Source: Octopus vulgaris (Eukaryota). Taken from it: a stretch of 64,000 bases of DNA. The notes beneath the pieces were generated by a model, which searched no databases, was not told the origin of the DNA, and worked only from the letters and a program-made list of their open reading frames with translations. Both the position numbers and the translations under genes were made by a program. This document shows positions 13,910 through 28,386 of this stretch, piece by piece (position 1 is the first letter of the stretch; each line of letters starts with the position of its first letter). The stretch is taken from assembly GCA_951406725.2 (NCBI GenBank), contig OX597818.1:63240001-63304000 (forward strand), in the 5' to 3' direction.

Positions 13910-14500
13910 ATCCAAGCATGAAAAAACAAAGAGAAAACACAACAACGCGAGGACGTGGTACAAGTATACATGTATATATATATACATGTATATGCATGAA
14001 TATTTGTGTGTTCACACGAGCGTATGTGTATGTTGTGTATATGTGTGTATAGATTACTTTATTTATCTTCTCAGAAACAAATATAGTAGAACAGCAAAAT
14101 TTGTTATAACGAAGCGTTTGTGCTGGTTTTAATTATACATTGCATTATGCTATGTACGTAGTTATTATTAACAAACATAGATAAGCGTGTAGTACAAACC
14201 ACGGATTGTATGATATTAAACGCAGCTGTATTTTTTATTTAATCAAGAAGCATTTCCCTTTTCAACATAAATTTTGTGATAACTCAAACCGGAATACTCA
14301 CAAATTACCTGATTTAAAAATTTTTAATCTTGCGCAAACATTACACTTTCGAATACAGCTAATGTAGCTCTTCGTAATAATATTACCTCTAATTACACAA
14401 GTAGGTATAATGAGGTAATAAACTAATAAGTGTTGCGTGTCGTGATCATAGAATCGTCACACACATACATCGGAAATTGCATTCCTACATAACTAACTAC

Positions 14501-14575
<75 letters not shown>

Positions 14576-14748
14576 CCTCAAGTTTTTTCATTCGTTCTCT
14601 GGTTATTTTCTCTTATTCCTTTATTTGAAGAACGTAGGCTCAAGATGTAAAAGAAATGTTCACATTCCCGAGCGTCAAACTAAAACACTTGTTATTCATA
14701 CAACTGTCTTCGTGTTTTATTTTTTGTAAACTTCAAGTATATGTAAAC

Positions 14749-14787
<39 letters not shown>

Positions 14788-14806
14788 CTTATTTATATAT
14801 ATATTG

Positions 14807-14863
<57 letters not shown>

Positions 14864-16074
14864 CACACACACACACACACTATATATATATATATATATT
14901 ACATTCTAAATCTCTCAGAAACATTGATAAAGTGATAATATGTTGGCAACCTAATGTCACAGTCCCATGAAAGGGAAGAATGCTACTGCTATTTGGTCGT
15001 AGGCAACACCGTTTCCTGTTGACCTTGACACATTTTCTTTGTCCTTATATCTTCGAAGGGGAGATAAGCACCTTCACCCAACAAAGCCAACATTCAGAGA
15101 CTAGTTTCAGTGTCATTGCCCATCAGCAGTGTGGATTAGCATAGCTTGCTAGCTGTCGATGCCTATTCAGCTTTGAAAAAAATATATACGATCTTTGCTA
15201 TATGAGATTTTAGAGGATTAACAATGTTTTTAATAACTGTGCTTTAAATGTCCTTCAGTCATTCTTAGGTTATGCATAAATTGTCATAGTCAAATTTCGG
15301 CTTATCGTGCTACGCAATGTCACGTTAATTATAGCCTCTGCAATGCAAGGCTAATTTATTGACCATGAGTTCATGACTGTAAATGAGTGTACACACTCGG
15401 GTGTGGTACATTCTATATTTGTTTCATATTTGTCGTTCACATGACGTTTAATCAAAATAACCTGAGAAGAATTTTCTGAACTGAATACTCTTAGGTTTCT
15501 CACCCAAACATTACGACAGTATCTAGAAAAATGTTGATTAATGAATGACAAAAACGCTCCGGTTTCATGATTACCTTTATTCGTTTACAGTTCATTCTGC
15601 TATAAGAAATACTGCGTCAGAGCAACGGTGTATCAGTGATTTCTTCAGTGTGATTACGTTGTAGATGATATTTGTGTGTATGTGTGTTTTGCATATGTGA
15701 CAACGTAGTAACGTAATCATAAATAATATAATTATATAAACATTGTAAAGAAGTTTTTAGAAGAAAACAAAATGGAATACTTATTTACTTTGCTACACAT
15801 AAGTGAGATTGATGTGCATTTTATTGTGAAACCACGCACCATAGTCATCTTGGTGTAGTACCTTGGCTAAAGGTATTCTTCTGTAGCTTTGGATAGTTCA
15901 GCGCCTTGTGAGCGGATTTGGTAGAAAGAAGCCCGTTAGAAATATAAGTCTGCTATATATATATATATATATATATAAATATACATACATACATACATAC
16001 ATATATACACACACACATATATATATATATATATACGTATTTATGTATATATATTTTTCTGTGTATGTGCTCGC

Positions 16075-16298
16075 GTGTATATACATGACCAAGGAGGACA
16101 TATAAGTGAGAATGTCCGTAGCAAATCGTAAAGTAAACGCTTTTTCGTAAGTATACGTGTAGTATACACACTTATATGTTTGGGTATATGTCTAAGCATA
16201 TAAGTATGTATACTACACATATAATTAAGAAACTTCGTTTACTTTACGATTTGCTACGAACATTATCACTTATATGTCCTCCTCGACAATGTATACAT
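16075..16298. repeat. ~225-bp near-perfect foldback (MITE-like palindrome)
   Basis: ggaggacatataagtgagaatgtccgtagcaaatcgtaaagtaaacg pairs with cgtttactttacgatttgctacgaacattatcacttatatgtcctcc; the centre is also palindromic. Confidence 0.9.
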
Positions 16299-17009
16299 GT
16301 ATACATTCTTCAGAATTCATAGAATTCACTGAATTTCAAAAACGTAGCAGGATATCTCTCTAAAACTACACATACAAAAACATCCTTGTGTGTGTGTTTT
16401 GAATTAAGTACGCAACCCCACTCATAGGGGCTGTATGAGCCCAACTACAATAATACCCATGTCCTGTTGTTACACAAATCGTTGAATTCTAATAAGTGTT
16501 GGATCCTTTGTGTGTTCGGTTCGTTTCCAGAAGAGTGTGTTGTTTCTGTACCTAACTGTAGATTTTCAAGTTTAAGATTTGCATAATAACTTGACGTATT
16601 TTTGTCACAGTAATATCTTTTTCACGACTCTTGATCAATTTTTCATATGAAGAGTTAGATAACCGATGATTTAATAGCATAGATGAAGATTTAATATGTG
16701 TTCCATTTCTTTGATCTCTTTTGTCCCAATATTTACGTTTCAAATCATGTTATGGTTCTGAATTGAAATAGAATATTCCTCTTCTATTTTGTTTCTTGGA
16801 GAATTGAAATTATTCTTCAAGAAAATAAATTATATTTAATTACTATTTTATAGAATGAACTTTTGCTTTAAGGAGATAATATTATTGCGCTGATGTAAAC
16901 ATTGAATTTGTGCCCGGAAGATTTTATTTCTGTATCGTTTGCCTTAAGCGTTTCCTTGTCAATTAATATTTAACTTCGAAAGTATGCTTTGCCTCAAAGG
17001 GTAATATTT

Positions 17010-17391
17010 CTACTTTTAATCGCTTCAGTCATTAGGCCATGGTCATGCTACGGCACCGTCTTGAAGAATGTTTAGTTGAATGAATCAAATACTTAATATT
17101 TTAAACTCAGTAATTATTCCATTCATCTATTCTGCCGAACTGCTACGTTACGAGCAGGTAACTACACTAAAACCAGTCGTTAAGCGTTGACGGGGACAAA
17201 CAGACACAATTTCACATACAGACGCATGTACGGTGGGCTTCTTTCAGTTAGCGCTAACGAAATCCACTCACAAGAATTTGCTTGGCTTGAGGCTATGCAT
17301 GAAGACATTTACCCAAGCTACCACGCAGTGGAACTCAACCCAGTACTTTGTAATTTAGAAGTAAATTTCTTACGACATAACCACGACTGCG
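17010..17391 (-). mobile_element. SINE (family with an internal CA/TA microsatellite), diverged
   Basis: Aligns with 19175-19562 (gggcttctttcagtt, aaatccact, gcagtgg(g)act). Confidence 0.75.
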
Positions 17392-17514
17392 TAGAAATCT
17401 TGAAATATAAAATATATTCAGTGATTTTGATTCAAATGCTGTCAAATTACTCTGTGTTTGTGTAAAATGAATATTGTATGTTGATTTTCAAAAATAAAAG
17501 AAAATTTGTTCGCA

Positions 17515-17996
17515 TGGGCACATGCGTGGTTGTGTTTTAAGAAGCTTGCTTCCAAACTATATGGTTCCGTGTTCAGTACCACCCTGGGTAAGTGTCTACT
17601 ATCATAGCCTCGCGCCCACCAAAGATTTATGGGGAAATTTGGTGGACGGAAACTGAAGGAAGCTTGTCGTGTATATATATATATATATATAATGTAGGTA
17701 TGTTAGTTAACTAAATTAAAGACATACCAGCGAAAACGAAAATTTCTCATTGTTATTTGCATCCATTTTATTCTCATATATATATGTATGTGTGTGTGTG
17801 TGTATGTGTGTGTATGTGTGTGTGTGTGTGTGTGTGTGTTTGCCTGAGCGCGTGTGTCTGCGTTTGCCCCTCATCATCGTTTAACAACGCGACCGATTAA
17901 ATAAGTACTGGGCTTACAAAGAATAGGTCCTGGGATCGATCTGTTGGACTAAAGGCCGTGCTCCAGCATGGCTGAATTCAAATGACTAAAACAAGT
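17515..17996 (+). mobile_element. SINE with an expanded internal microsatellite (same family as 19175-19562)
   Basis: aagaagcttgcttcc..ggttccgtgttcagt head; gacggaaactgaaggaagc; tail ctccagcatggc..aatgactaaaacaag. Confidence 0.75.
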
Positions 17997-18367
17997 GCAT
18001 CTATACATTGATCTAAAACAACAACAATACTAAAGGAAGGCTGAAGTTTAAGAGAAGAGAAAGCCAAAGTGTCTGAGGCTATTCAATTAAAATTTTCTGA
18101 GTAGAACTTATTATTATTACCTCCGCCTTTGGAACTATTTTGAATGGGGAATTTGTTAACTTTGGTTTGTATTAGATAAGGATAAACGATGTATTGTTTC
18201 TAAATTTTCAAAATGTTCTATAGCCAGCTTCACATTCCATGACTACCAATGAGTTTGAACATGTACCTCTGGATTATTTTTCGTTTTTGTTTTTACTTAA
18301 TTGGTGATAGCGTTCGGGTTCATTTTTAGTATTCTCGTTTGTGAGAGCAGTCACGTTTACTTCAAAT

Positions 18368-18756
18368 GTGGAGGCGCAATGGCCCAGTGTTTAGGGCAGC
18401 GGACTCGCGGCCGTAGGATCGCGGTTTCGATTCCCAGACCGGGCGTTGTGAGTGTTTATTGAGCGAAAACACCTAAAGCGCCACGAGGCTCCGGCAGGGA
18501 TGGTGGTGATCCCTGCTGTACTCTTTCACCACAACTTTCTCTCAATCTTACTTCCTGTTTCTGTTGTACCTGTATTTCAAAGGGCCGGCCTTGTCACTCT
18601 CTGTGTCACGCTGAATATCCCCGAGAACTACGTTAAGGGGGTACACGTGTCTGTGGAGTGCTCAGCCACTTACACGTTAATTTCACGAGCAGGCTGTTCC
18701 GTTGATCGGATCAACCGGAACCCTCATCGTCGTAACCGACGGAGTGCTTCCACTCC
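18368..18756 (+). mobile_element. Full-length tRNA-derived SINE with a 9-bp TSD
   Basis: A box tggcccagtg, B box ggtttcgattccc; acttcaaat occurs at 18359-18367 and 18757-18765. Confidence 0.93.
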
Positions 18757-18952
18757 ACTTCAAATATTCTCATTTTAAAAATCATCTCCAGTTCTTTTTT
18801 TGTGAGGACATTGGGGTTGCCTTGACGGAGCTTTTCGTTCTCTGATTGGTCTTGATGTTCTTTGCATCTGAATATGTTTGCAGTGGGCACTGTTTTCTTT
18901 ACTTCTGTGTTCCAAGACCAGTATATGCACTTAGCCTGCAAATCTTAAGTCT

Positions 18953-18983
<31 letters not shown>

Positions 18984-19174
18984 TCTTTGTATATCTATCT
19001 TATTTTCTCACCTCTTCTCTCTCTCTCCCTCTCTCTACAATGTAAAACTTGACTAGAGAAATAAACTAACCCATCAAGCAACCAGCCAACCAAACAAAGA
19101 AAAAAACAAATTACAAATATTTGTTGGCTCTTACTCTATAGAAGTTATAATTAAACACATTTATTCGTTTATTC

Positions 19175-19562
19175 ATTTACTTGTTTTAGTCTTTTGATTG
19201 AGGCCATACTGGGGCACTGCATTGAGTCGACCAAATCGACCGCAGAATTCATTCTTTGTTGGCCTACTACTTTTTTATCGGCCTCTTTTGCCGAACGACG
19301 AAGTTACGCGGCCGTGAACAACATCGGTTGCAAGCGATGATAGGGGAACAAACACACACACACATGCACACACTGAAAGAAATATACACACATACACATA
19401 TATGACGGGCTTCTTTCAGTTTTTGTTTACTATATCCACTCCTAGAGATTTGGTCATCTCGATACTGTAGTAGATGACAGATGTCCAAAGTGCTAAGCAG
19501 TGGGACTGAACCTGGAACAATTGTAGTTTGAAAGCAAGCTTCTTACCACATAGCTACGCCTA
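19175..19562 (-). mobile_element. SINE with an internal (CA)n tract
   Basis: The reverse complement has the head ggcgtagctatgtggtaagaagcttgct..gttccaggttcagtccc; homologous to the 17010 and 17515 copies. Confidence 0.8.
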
Positions 19563-20270
19563 TATTTGGAGAGATAAATGTTTTCTAATAACGCATATCA
19601 ACTGTTTTTGCTGCTAAACCGTGCCTAAGAAATTACTGAGCTGACTCATGGGCAACAGCTTTAGAATTATGAACAGCGCTTTAGTTGACTTCTCCTGCAA
19701 GAACGTTACTACGTGTAACTTTTAAGAGAGTAAATTCCATTCCAGTCTGCATTGAAAGATATATATCTGTCATTATGAGAAGCAATTACCAGAATAGGGA
19801 GTTGGGGCTGAAAAAATTCGAAGCACTTAAATGAACGTTTTAATCCAATACACCTTAAACATATATCAACTCAATGAAATATCATCGTGGAACAATTTGC
19901 TTTGCTAATTCTAGTTGCAAAGCGGTTCTTGAGTAATTACATGCCATGTATTCCTTCTGATGTAATCAATTTACTCACCTCTTTCCGAATGATGATATCT
20001 TAACGTTTGATTACGAATGACTACCTAGAGAACGCACAAAGATCGGATCCTGTTGAGCAATAGCAATTTGCCTTTTCCGATTCTCTTACTTCCCTTAACG
20101 TTACCAATATTTTACTGCTGAAGAAGCTCTACAGTCTGTTGTATCCCAGTTAATTACGATACACATAAATCAATTACAAAGGCCGCTTTAATCGGAAACG
20201 GCCATTTTTAAAATTACGCGTCTATGTTGAAATTTTAGAAAAAAATCTATGACTTCAAAAATATCATATA

Positions 20271-20660
20271 CTAGCAGTATCGCCCGGCGTTGCTCAGGTT
20301 TGTAAGGAAAATAACTATATGAGCATTTTTAGAGATGTAAAGTATAATAGCCATCTCAATATGGCTAACCACAAAGGATGGGGGTGTTACTGTAGCTTTT
20401 TACGTTCTGAGATTTAATAATAAATTTTTAGAGAGTTACATCCCTTATATATGCCAAAAATGCATTAAAAATGGTAAAAAAGATGGTAATTTTTTTTTAA
20501 AATCGTAGACTCATCGTAGACGCGCGCTAATACCCAGAAGGGCTCGATATGAATCACGGCTATAAGATACCCGGTTTTGGTTAAACTGCACGGCAAAATG
20601 TAGGAGTAGTTAGGAATCTAAATTGTAGGAGACACACAACCTCTCTTTTATATATAAAGA
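20271..20660 (-). mobile_element. Non-autonomous Helitron, 390 bp
   Basis: The - strand begins A|TCTTTATATATAAAAG and ends cctgagcaacgccggg (GC hairpin)-cgatactg-CTAG|T. It is inserted in an AT site with no TSD. Confidence 0.85.
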
Positions 20661-20952
20661 TATCCGCGCGTCAGAGAGTTTTAATTATATTTTGTAAAGA
20701 AAAAAGCCAAAATATTATGGTATAAAAAACACAATGCCCTCTTCTCACCCAAGTCATATGCTTTGGCCAATCTTAAGCTTAAATTTTATAGTGTTTTCTT
20801 ACATCACTAACATAGGAATATTCTAAATTACAAACTCATAACATGGAAGAAATTTCTATGTATACTAATACAATGTAGTATTGGACCACTATTTCACGAT
20901 CGTGACTGCAACATTCTTCTCAACGATAACAACAACAACAACAACAACAATA

Positions 20953-21009
<57 letters not shown>

Positions 21010-21012
21010 GTG

Positions 21013-21415
21013 ATAAATGTGGCATCTCAAGGCGACTACAGTACCAGTGATTGTAGGATGTCTAGGAATGATAAGAAAAAGGTACTGAAACATATTTGAA
21101 AATGATTCTAGGCTAACCATCCTTACAGGAAGTTGAAAAATTCGTGTTAACTGGACCGACTCATGTACTGAGAAGAGCATTATAGCTGTGTAAACAACAT
21201 CCATTCCTGAATTTATGTATTTATTATTTTTTTAAATACATATTTTACCTGTGAATTTTGCGTGTGTAATCTGGGAATGCATAGAATGAGCATCTCTGCC
21301 CTAGGTGTACGGAAATTACTCGGCGTGAAATGAAAGAAAATTTGAAGAAAGAAGGAAAAAACAACAACAACAACAATAATATCAATAAAAATAATATTAA
21401 TAATAATCACAATAA
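21013..21415 (+). mobile_element. 3' fragment of an RLE-type (R4/Dong-like) LINE between (GAT)n and (AAC/AAT)n
   Basis: MWHLKATTVPVIVGCLGMIRK...LQEVEKFVLTGPTHVLRRAL* matches the C-termini at 22470-22632 and 59350-59534. Confidence 0.8.
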
Positions 21416-22820
21416 GGATACTAAAAAGCTCGTTGAAAACCATGAAAGATGTAAGATGCTTCAATCTGTTATGAAGGAGAGCAAAAACTTTTCAAGTAAG
21501 TTTACGCATATTACCCACGTTGAACAGCATGATATAAGTGCACCAACTGTACTTGCAAAGAATGTGAAATCAATAGCAAAGTAAAATGCGCTTGAAAAAT
21601 TGGCTGATAGGTGGGAACAAAATCCTCTGCATGGCAGAAGAACACCCACCAGTGGCTACTGCATTTAGGTCAGAATGCAGGGTGTGAGGGCTTTATCTTG
21701 GCTACTCAAGATCAGAGCTTATTGACCTGGAAATAGCAAGTCAATATGATTAAAAATGGTGTAGACCCAATGTGCGGTTACTCTCAACGATATGATAGAA
21801 ACAGTCAACCATTTAATCTCTGAATGTCAAGTTTTAGCACCAGTAGAGTACAAATCAAGACATGCTCGATTTGGCCAATATCTACATTGCATAATGCATC
21901 GGTGTTATAAAATCAAAACTGCTGACAAATGGAACAAATACCACCCTGATGCTGTAACTGAGGGAGAAAATGTAATGATTCTTTGGTATTTCTCATTATA
22001 TATAGACCGGACCATCAAAGCAAATAAACCAGATATTGTTGTAAGAGACCAAAGCAATAATGTATGTTTATTGATTGACATGATCATACCCTGTGACCAT
22101 AATATCTCGGCAAAAGAATTTGATGTTGTTTGTTCATTCATAAGCCATGCCTGGCTCTTAGGGCTAGTTTCCCCGTTTCCTTGGCGTATAGGTTCCCCAC
22201 CTGGACGGGACGTCGGTCTGTCGCAGGTGAGCTGCAACAGGTAGGAGGAAGGAGTGAGAGAAAGATGTGGCGAAAAAGTCAGTAGAACTTCCCCACTACT
22301 TTCTGCCGGAGCCGCGTGGAGCCTAGGTGCTTTGCCCACAAACACTCACACCGCTCGGTCTGAAACTTGAACCCGCGATCCCTCGACTACGAGTCTACTG
22401 CTCTAACCACTAGGCCATGTGCTTCCAAAAAAGAATCTGATAAGCACAGAAAATATAAATCGAAATCGAAAAGGTGTGGCATCTCAAGACAGTTGCAATA
22501 CCGGTGATTGTAAGAGAACTTGGAATGCTCAAAAAAGAAATTGAAATTCTCTGGCTTTCCATCCATGCAGAAATGCAAAAGATTGTTTTAACTGGTACAT
22601 CACACGTATTGAGAACAGCATTGTCGCAGTAAATTTTCTTTCCTTTCCACCTTTTTATTTTATTTATTTACTTTTCTATATTTTTCTTTTCTCTCTCTGT
22701 CTTCCCCCTTTTTCTCTACCAAATGACTCTAAATGAACGACCTGGTGTGCTTGTTTTAATGGCCTACCCATTTATACAGTATGTGTCCCTGACTTATACT
22801 AGGCCAGAAATAATAATAAT
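21416..22820 (+). mobile_element. Decayed RLE-type (R4/Dong-like) LINE 3' part, interrupted by a SINE
   Basis: EGFILATQDQSL, CCHC-region ETVNHLISEC, YKSRH, ILW, KANKPDIVV..LLID..P..N (PD-D/ExK nuclease). It resumes after the SINE with EIEKVWHLKTVAIPVIV..QKIVLTGTSHVLR and ends in an (AAT)n tail. Confidence 0.88.
22125..22428 (-). mobile_element. tRNA-derived SINE nested in the LINE, with a 13-bp TSD
   Basis: Head GGAAGCACATGGCCTAGTGGTT..GGTTCAAG; aaaagaat(t/c)tgat occurs at 22112-22124 and 22429-22441. Confidence 0.92.
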
Positions 22821-22822
22821 AT

Positions 22823-22878
<56 letters not shown>

Positions 22879-22981
22879 TAACTAATAATAATAGTAATAA
22901 TAATAATAATAATAATAATTATTATTATTATTATTAGCATTATTATTATTATCATTATTATCATAATAATTATTATTTTTA

Positions 22982-23048
<67 letters not shown>

Positions 23049-23050
23049 CA
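22810..23050. repeat. (TAC)n/(AAT)n/(ATT)n compound microsatellite
   Basis: Directly visible. Confidence 0.96.
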
Positions 23051-25277
23051 TACTGGGAAACTGACATGAATGAACAGCATGATACGGTAGGCTGCAGATA
23101 GCTACGCATGTCAGACTCCACAAGCTCCAACAAAAACCTGTGATAAAGAGAAATAATGATAATTATGAATATAATAATTCCAACTATACATGTTCATCGG
23201 AATCAACGGCATAGCTGGAGATAAACGATGCGCATCTCATTATTTACATGAGTGGTAACAAATGGGAAACACCGCTTAGTTTAAAATAAAAGCATGGTTG
23301 ACAAAGGTATATAACGAGCATCTATGAAACACGACATCTTTTAAATATTCGCGTTGAAGAACAAAACACTTCTTCAACGCGAATATATAATAATTTGAGA
23401 TGCATTGCTGCTCATTAAACATACGTCATGCCCAGTCACTAAGGATTTGATATCGATTATCTGAGTAAGATTATTATTAGAAGAATATTGTCCAAAATAA
23501 CAAAAATGTGATTAATTCTAAGGCATATGCCAATCTGAAAATAAACAGAAAAATTATACTTAGTACATCTGAACCATATATTCGTTTACTTAGCAAAGAT
23601 GTGGTATGTCGGTTAGCATACGAGTTTTACAAGAATACACGGGCAGAGATACACATATATAATTTATATATACGAGAATAGGGTGGTGTATATGTAATAT
23701 ACTATTTCATTTTCTATTCATTATCGCAACAACATACATAATGTTCTGGTGCCATAAAAATTGTCTGTTTGTATTTCGTCTAATTGAATTTTCTCTGTTT
23801 TGTTTTTTAAACATTTACATATATACGCTAATATGACCAAGTATCTACTCTGCGCATCTTAAAATAATGAAGGATTTTAATTATTAAACGCTTACACATA
23901 TTTAGGCTGCATTGCTTGAATTTATTTCCTAGATGTTCCTCTAAATGCAGCTTTTCTTAAATAAATTCTCTTTCTATCTTCGTCTGTATTACTTTCTCCA
24001 ACTCAATTACCAATAGTAATCTATGTATTTCGGAAGTGGCTGCTTTCGAACGATATATTAAAACTAGTAACAGCTTGTATTGCGTATAAGAGCCTGCATA
24101 TATAATATTTATCTTCAGCTATAAACAACACCAAAAGTAATTTTCCCCAATGTGTGACACATTAAATGAGATTTGTTTTCCCATAGATTCCTCTTAATAG
24201 ACATAGGCATTCTCTTTCTAAACATGATTAACTGCACTAATTATTCCAGCTTCCTGTTGCTTTCGCACATTTCGGTGTCCATATATCTTTTGTGCTATTC
24301 GACATGAAAAGAAGATTAGAATGGTAGCCTAGTTATTTACTGGGATCATATATATTGATAGGAATCCGTTACTGCGGAACAATATTGAAATCCGACTGAA
24401 TGACAACAAACGCAACAAAGAATTAGTCGTGTAAATTGAATGGACGATTATCTGTATAAAGACATAAATAAAACGAAATATATATCCTGGGGCAAAATAT
24501 GCACAAGGAAGTTGCTTCTTTTGTGATTCATACTGAGAAGTGCTTAGATAAAGGAGGAAATGTTTTTGCTTTAGCTGTCTTTTTCGTTAGACACTGATCT
24601 CGTGCAAGTAATGAAATCACGTGTAATTGTGTCTTTCTTGCAGACGCCATTGTTATTTTTCTACCTTGCATATTCGTCTGTACTTTAGTAGGATTACGGT
24701 TCCGAAATACATCATTGCTTTCAATCAGAATTTCTGTAAGTTAATAATCATAATTCTAAACATTATTTATGCATCATTTAGTCTTATTACATCCCGAATT
24801 CCAATTAATATTCGCTTTGTTTCAATAACAGATTCAAGAAAGGAAAAATCTGTGAAACTACAGAGGACTGAAAGACTAAGAGAACTGTGGAAACTAGATG
24901 AGAAATAAATAAATAACAAATATAAAATATTGAAAGCTAATAATTATCTGAATAATATAATGTGTTGTATTTTCTGTAAATGGCGTCCGATTCCTATACA
25001 TACACACATTCATACATACATAAATACGTTGATACATATTCCACAATCTCTGTATATATTCTGTGGAAGAAACTATTTGTCGGTGTTTTACAGTCGTGAG
25101 AGTAGGAAAAGTACAAATATCTACATACATATATGAGAGTATATATATATATCTCTTTAAATGTATACATATATATACGTGTGCTTGTGTATGTGTGTGT
25201 ATGTGTGCATACGAACGCACATAGAAATAAAGAGAGATTTTACTGTCTTTCGGTTTACATAACACTTGGTTTCTACA

Positions 25278-25350
25278 TACAGTAAACCCTCGACTATCGC
25301 GGGTGTTATGTTCCTAAAATCCCCCGCGATAGGGGAAAATGCGTGAAGAA
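25278..25350 (+). mobile_element. pogo/Tigger-like MITE end fragment
   Basis: TA-CAGTAAACCCTCG terminus followed by the internal inverted repeat tatcgcggg...cccgcgata. Confidence 0.55.
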
Positions 25351-25688
25351 GTTTATCATAACTCCAATGATCAGTTGCAACTGCACGCACATCAATGTTC
25401 TATGTGAAAAGTTGAGTAGTATTTGCAGCTTGAAACAGTAGCGGAGATGCGACCCGAAACTGTGCATCGATCAAGGGTTTAAATACGCTTATACCGAGAA
25501 GGAACTAAAAATATGAATACGATTAAAAGATAATTGAGAAATAGCGTAGGAGCCATAGACAATGTTAATACCCAAGTAAGTAAGGTGATGGTTAGAAGAG
25601 AAACAGCAGATATCAAACTCAATCTTACTTTCTATGTTCCTTCGTCTGTTTTTCTGTCTGACCGTTTGTCTATATATCTGCCTATATA

Positions 25689-25786
<98 letters not shown>

Positions 25787-28345
25787 TTATATATACATAT
25801 ATATATATGTATATATATATATGTATATATACATATATATATACCTATATATATACATACGTATGTATATATATATATGTATATATATATATATAAAATA
25901 TGTAATATATATATTAGACAAAATGAGATAACAACGCCAAGGGTATGAGGAGTTATCAGGAGATGTATAAGGAAAATGATATAGATATGGTCTTACAGCA
26001 GTTTCTTGTATATTATGGATATCCCTTCATCAGAGACGATGTGAGATGGTAAAACATATAGGTGAATAGTTGAGCTCGAAATACGGAATTATTATGGAAA
26101 AAGATAATATAGGGAATATAGAAGAAAAATATGAGAATGAACGTAAAAATAAAATATAAAATATTGTAATTTCAGCTCCATTATTTGAGTAAAGTGGTGT
26201 ATAGAAGTTTCCTGTACAAGGTGTATATATACATACACAAATATGTATATGCATACACACATAACTGCGTAATTCTTCATGTATGTTTTGTACATATTTA
26301 ATATTTATCCTCCCACCTGTTGATCTTTTCAACACCCATGGTACCCGCAGAACACATGCATCGTGCACACCAATGGAAGTGAGGGAGGAAGCATTTTACA
26401 AAGAAATCTTCTCAAAGTAAAATTTTTGATCCTCTGTTGCACATATTTATAACACAAGCCTATTGACATATACATCTGCTCAACACTACCCAAGATGTAA
26501 GATTGTAAATGCTAATTCATTATTTAAACAGTGTCTTTTTGTATTCCTAGTACAGAATTAATTCATAGAAATTTAGGAAAAACACTGTAGATTCAGATGA
26601 TATTCTACACCACTGATTGCCTTATGTCATAGAATAATCGTCGTCATTCCAGTAATTTTTGATGTGTATTTTTAGAAGTGTTTAATCTACATATAAAATG
26701 ACATCAACTTCTCTTTAGAAAAGGAAAGTAAGGTATAGAATCATGAAATAAATGTGTATTTCTGCCAAGATAACTGTTGAGCGAATGCAGAATGATGCTA
26801 TAAGCCTCAGCGATTTCGCTCAAGCTGAAAGAATTATCAGCCAAATAACCCTCCTATCACAACCAAATCATAATCTATAGCCGCAAAATGAAGGGATCGC
26901 TATATAATATAGTCATATATGCTAACAAATACAGAATTTACAATGCTAGAACACATTTAATCATGGGCTTTCTTTATCAGAAATAACCTGGCGTGGAAAT
27001 CATCAGCAATAATTACACAGAAATGAAAATTGGCAGCGAAAAAAAAAAAATATTTAAAATTACTTTACACTGCATTTAATTTCGGCTTTAATATTGGAGA
27101 AAATGATAACATTCCAATCAGTTTTCAGCTATTCTTTCGGATTCTGAAGATGATTCTATTTATTTTGTTTCGTTCTTGATATCATTTACCTCTTCGACAC
27201 CATGTTCTATTCAATACTGAATGGAATAAAATGGATACTGTAACCACGAATTATATTGTACACTGTAGGATAAAACCAACTTAATGAAACTACATATTTA
27301 ATACGATAAACCTGATCATTAAATATAGTCGAATAACATACTTTCGAATAGTAATCACAATAAGAAATAAATGTAGATCTTGCATTAATTAAATGTCATC
27401 AGGTCTATAACTGTCCAATGGAACTAATATAAAATATTCATTGTACTTTCAGATTCTCTGCCATTATAATACAATGCTACTTTATAATGGCACAAATAAT
27501 AATTTAAAGACACCATTTTCTCCAACGCGAATCAATATTAGATGACTATAGAAATCAAAATCACTCTCAAACGAGAAACGTTACCTATGGTTACAAAAGC
27601 AAAAGAACATTGTAAAATTCCAATCTAACAGATCAAGTTTTAAAAATTCAATCCTCCTAGTAACAGGTGCTTTCAGTGTGCTTTCAAAGGAGAGCATTCA
27701 CAAGCGCTTTGCAACTGTGCCTCTTATCAATTAAGGTATTCAACCACGAAGAAGCAGCAGGAAAATATATTCACCACAACATGCACTTTAAGAAAAGAAC
27801 ACAGTTTTGAGCTTATGAAGACAGTAGTGTTTAGGATGGTTTGCGTCAAAGTAAGTATAATAATATAATAAGGTATATTTCACAATTTCAATGGCAGTAT
27901 CAGGTGAGTGTAGCATATTCAAACTAAATCCAACTTTTCTAGTCTTTGTGAATAAGAAATATTTATAACAGTCAGGACATTACCAGTTATATTGAGAGAA
28001 CACAAATTAAAGGCTGGTACTTATGCACAAACATACTGCGATAACATATTTATATAATGTATATATGTGTGTGTGTGTCTGTATATATATTTATCTCTAT
28101 GTACCTATATTTTGTTGTATATGGGGAGAGTCCAATATACAAGGTTATTGGGTGGGAATCTAACTGGTGTGTCAATTAATAAAGCATTAAAACAGAATGA
28201 CTCAACCCAGACACAACAAAATATGCTTCAACACACGAATTCACACGAATAAACCTACAAACCAAATACAGAAACAAAGTATATATCTATATCTATACAT
28301 ATATAAATATTGCGAAAAAGGAGGTAGTCAACAGTTGAGATAATT

Positions 28346-28386
28346 CTTTAGCAGCGCTTTCGTTCGTTTATCGAACTCGTCAAGAC
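28346..28386 (-). ncRNA. Decayed minimal hammerhead
   Basis: The reverse complement reads TTGACGA-GTTCG ataaa CGAAC-GAAA-GCGC-TG. Stem II is perfect and stem III palindromic, but stem I and the cleavage site are degraded. Confidence 0.5.
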
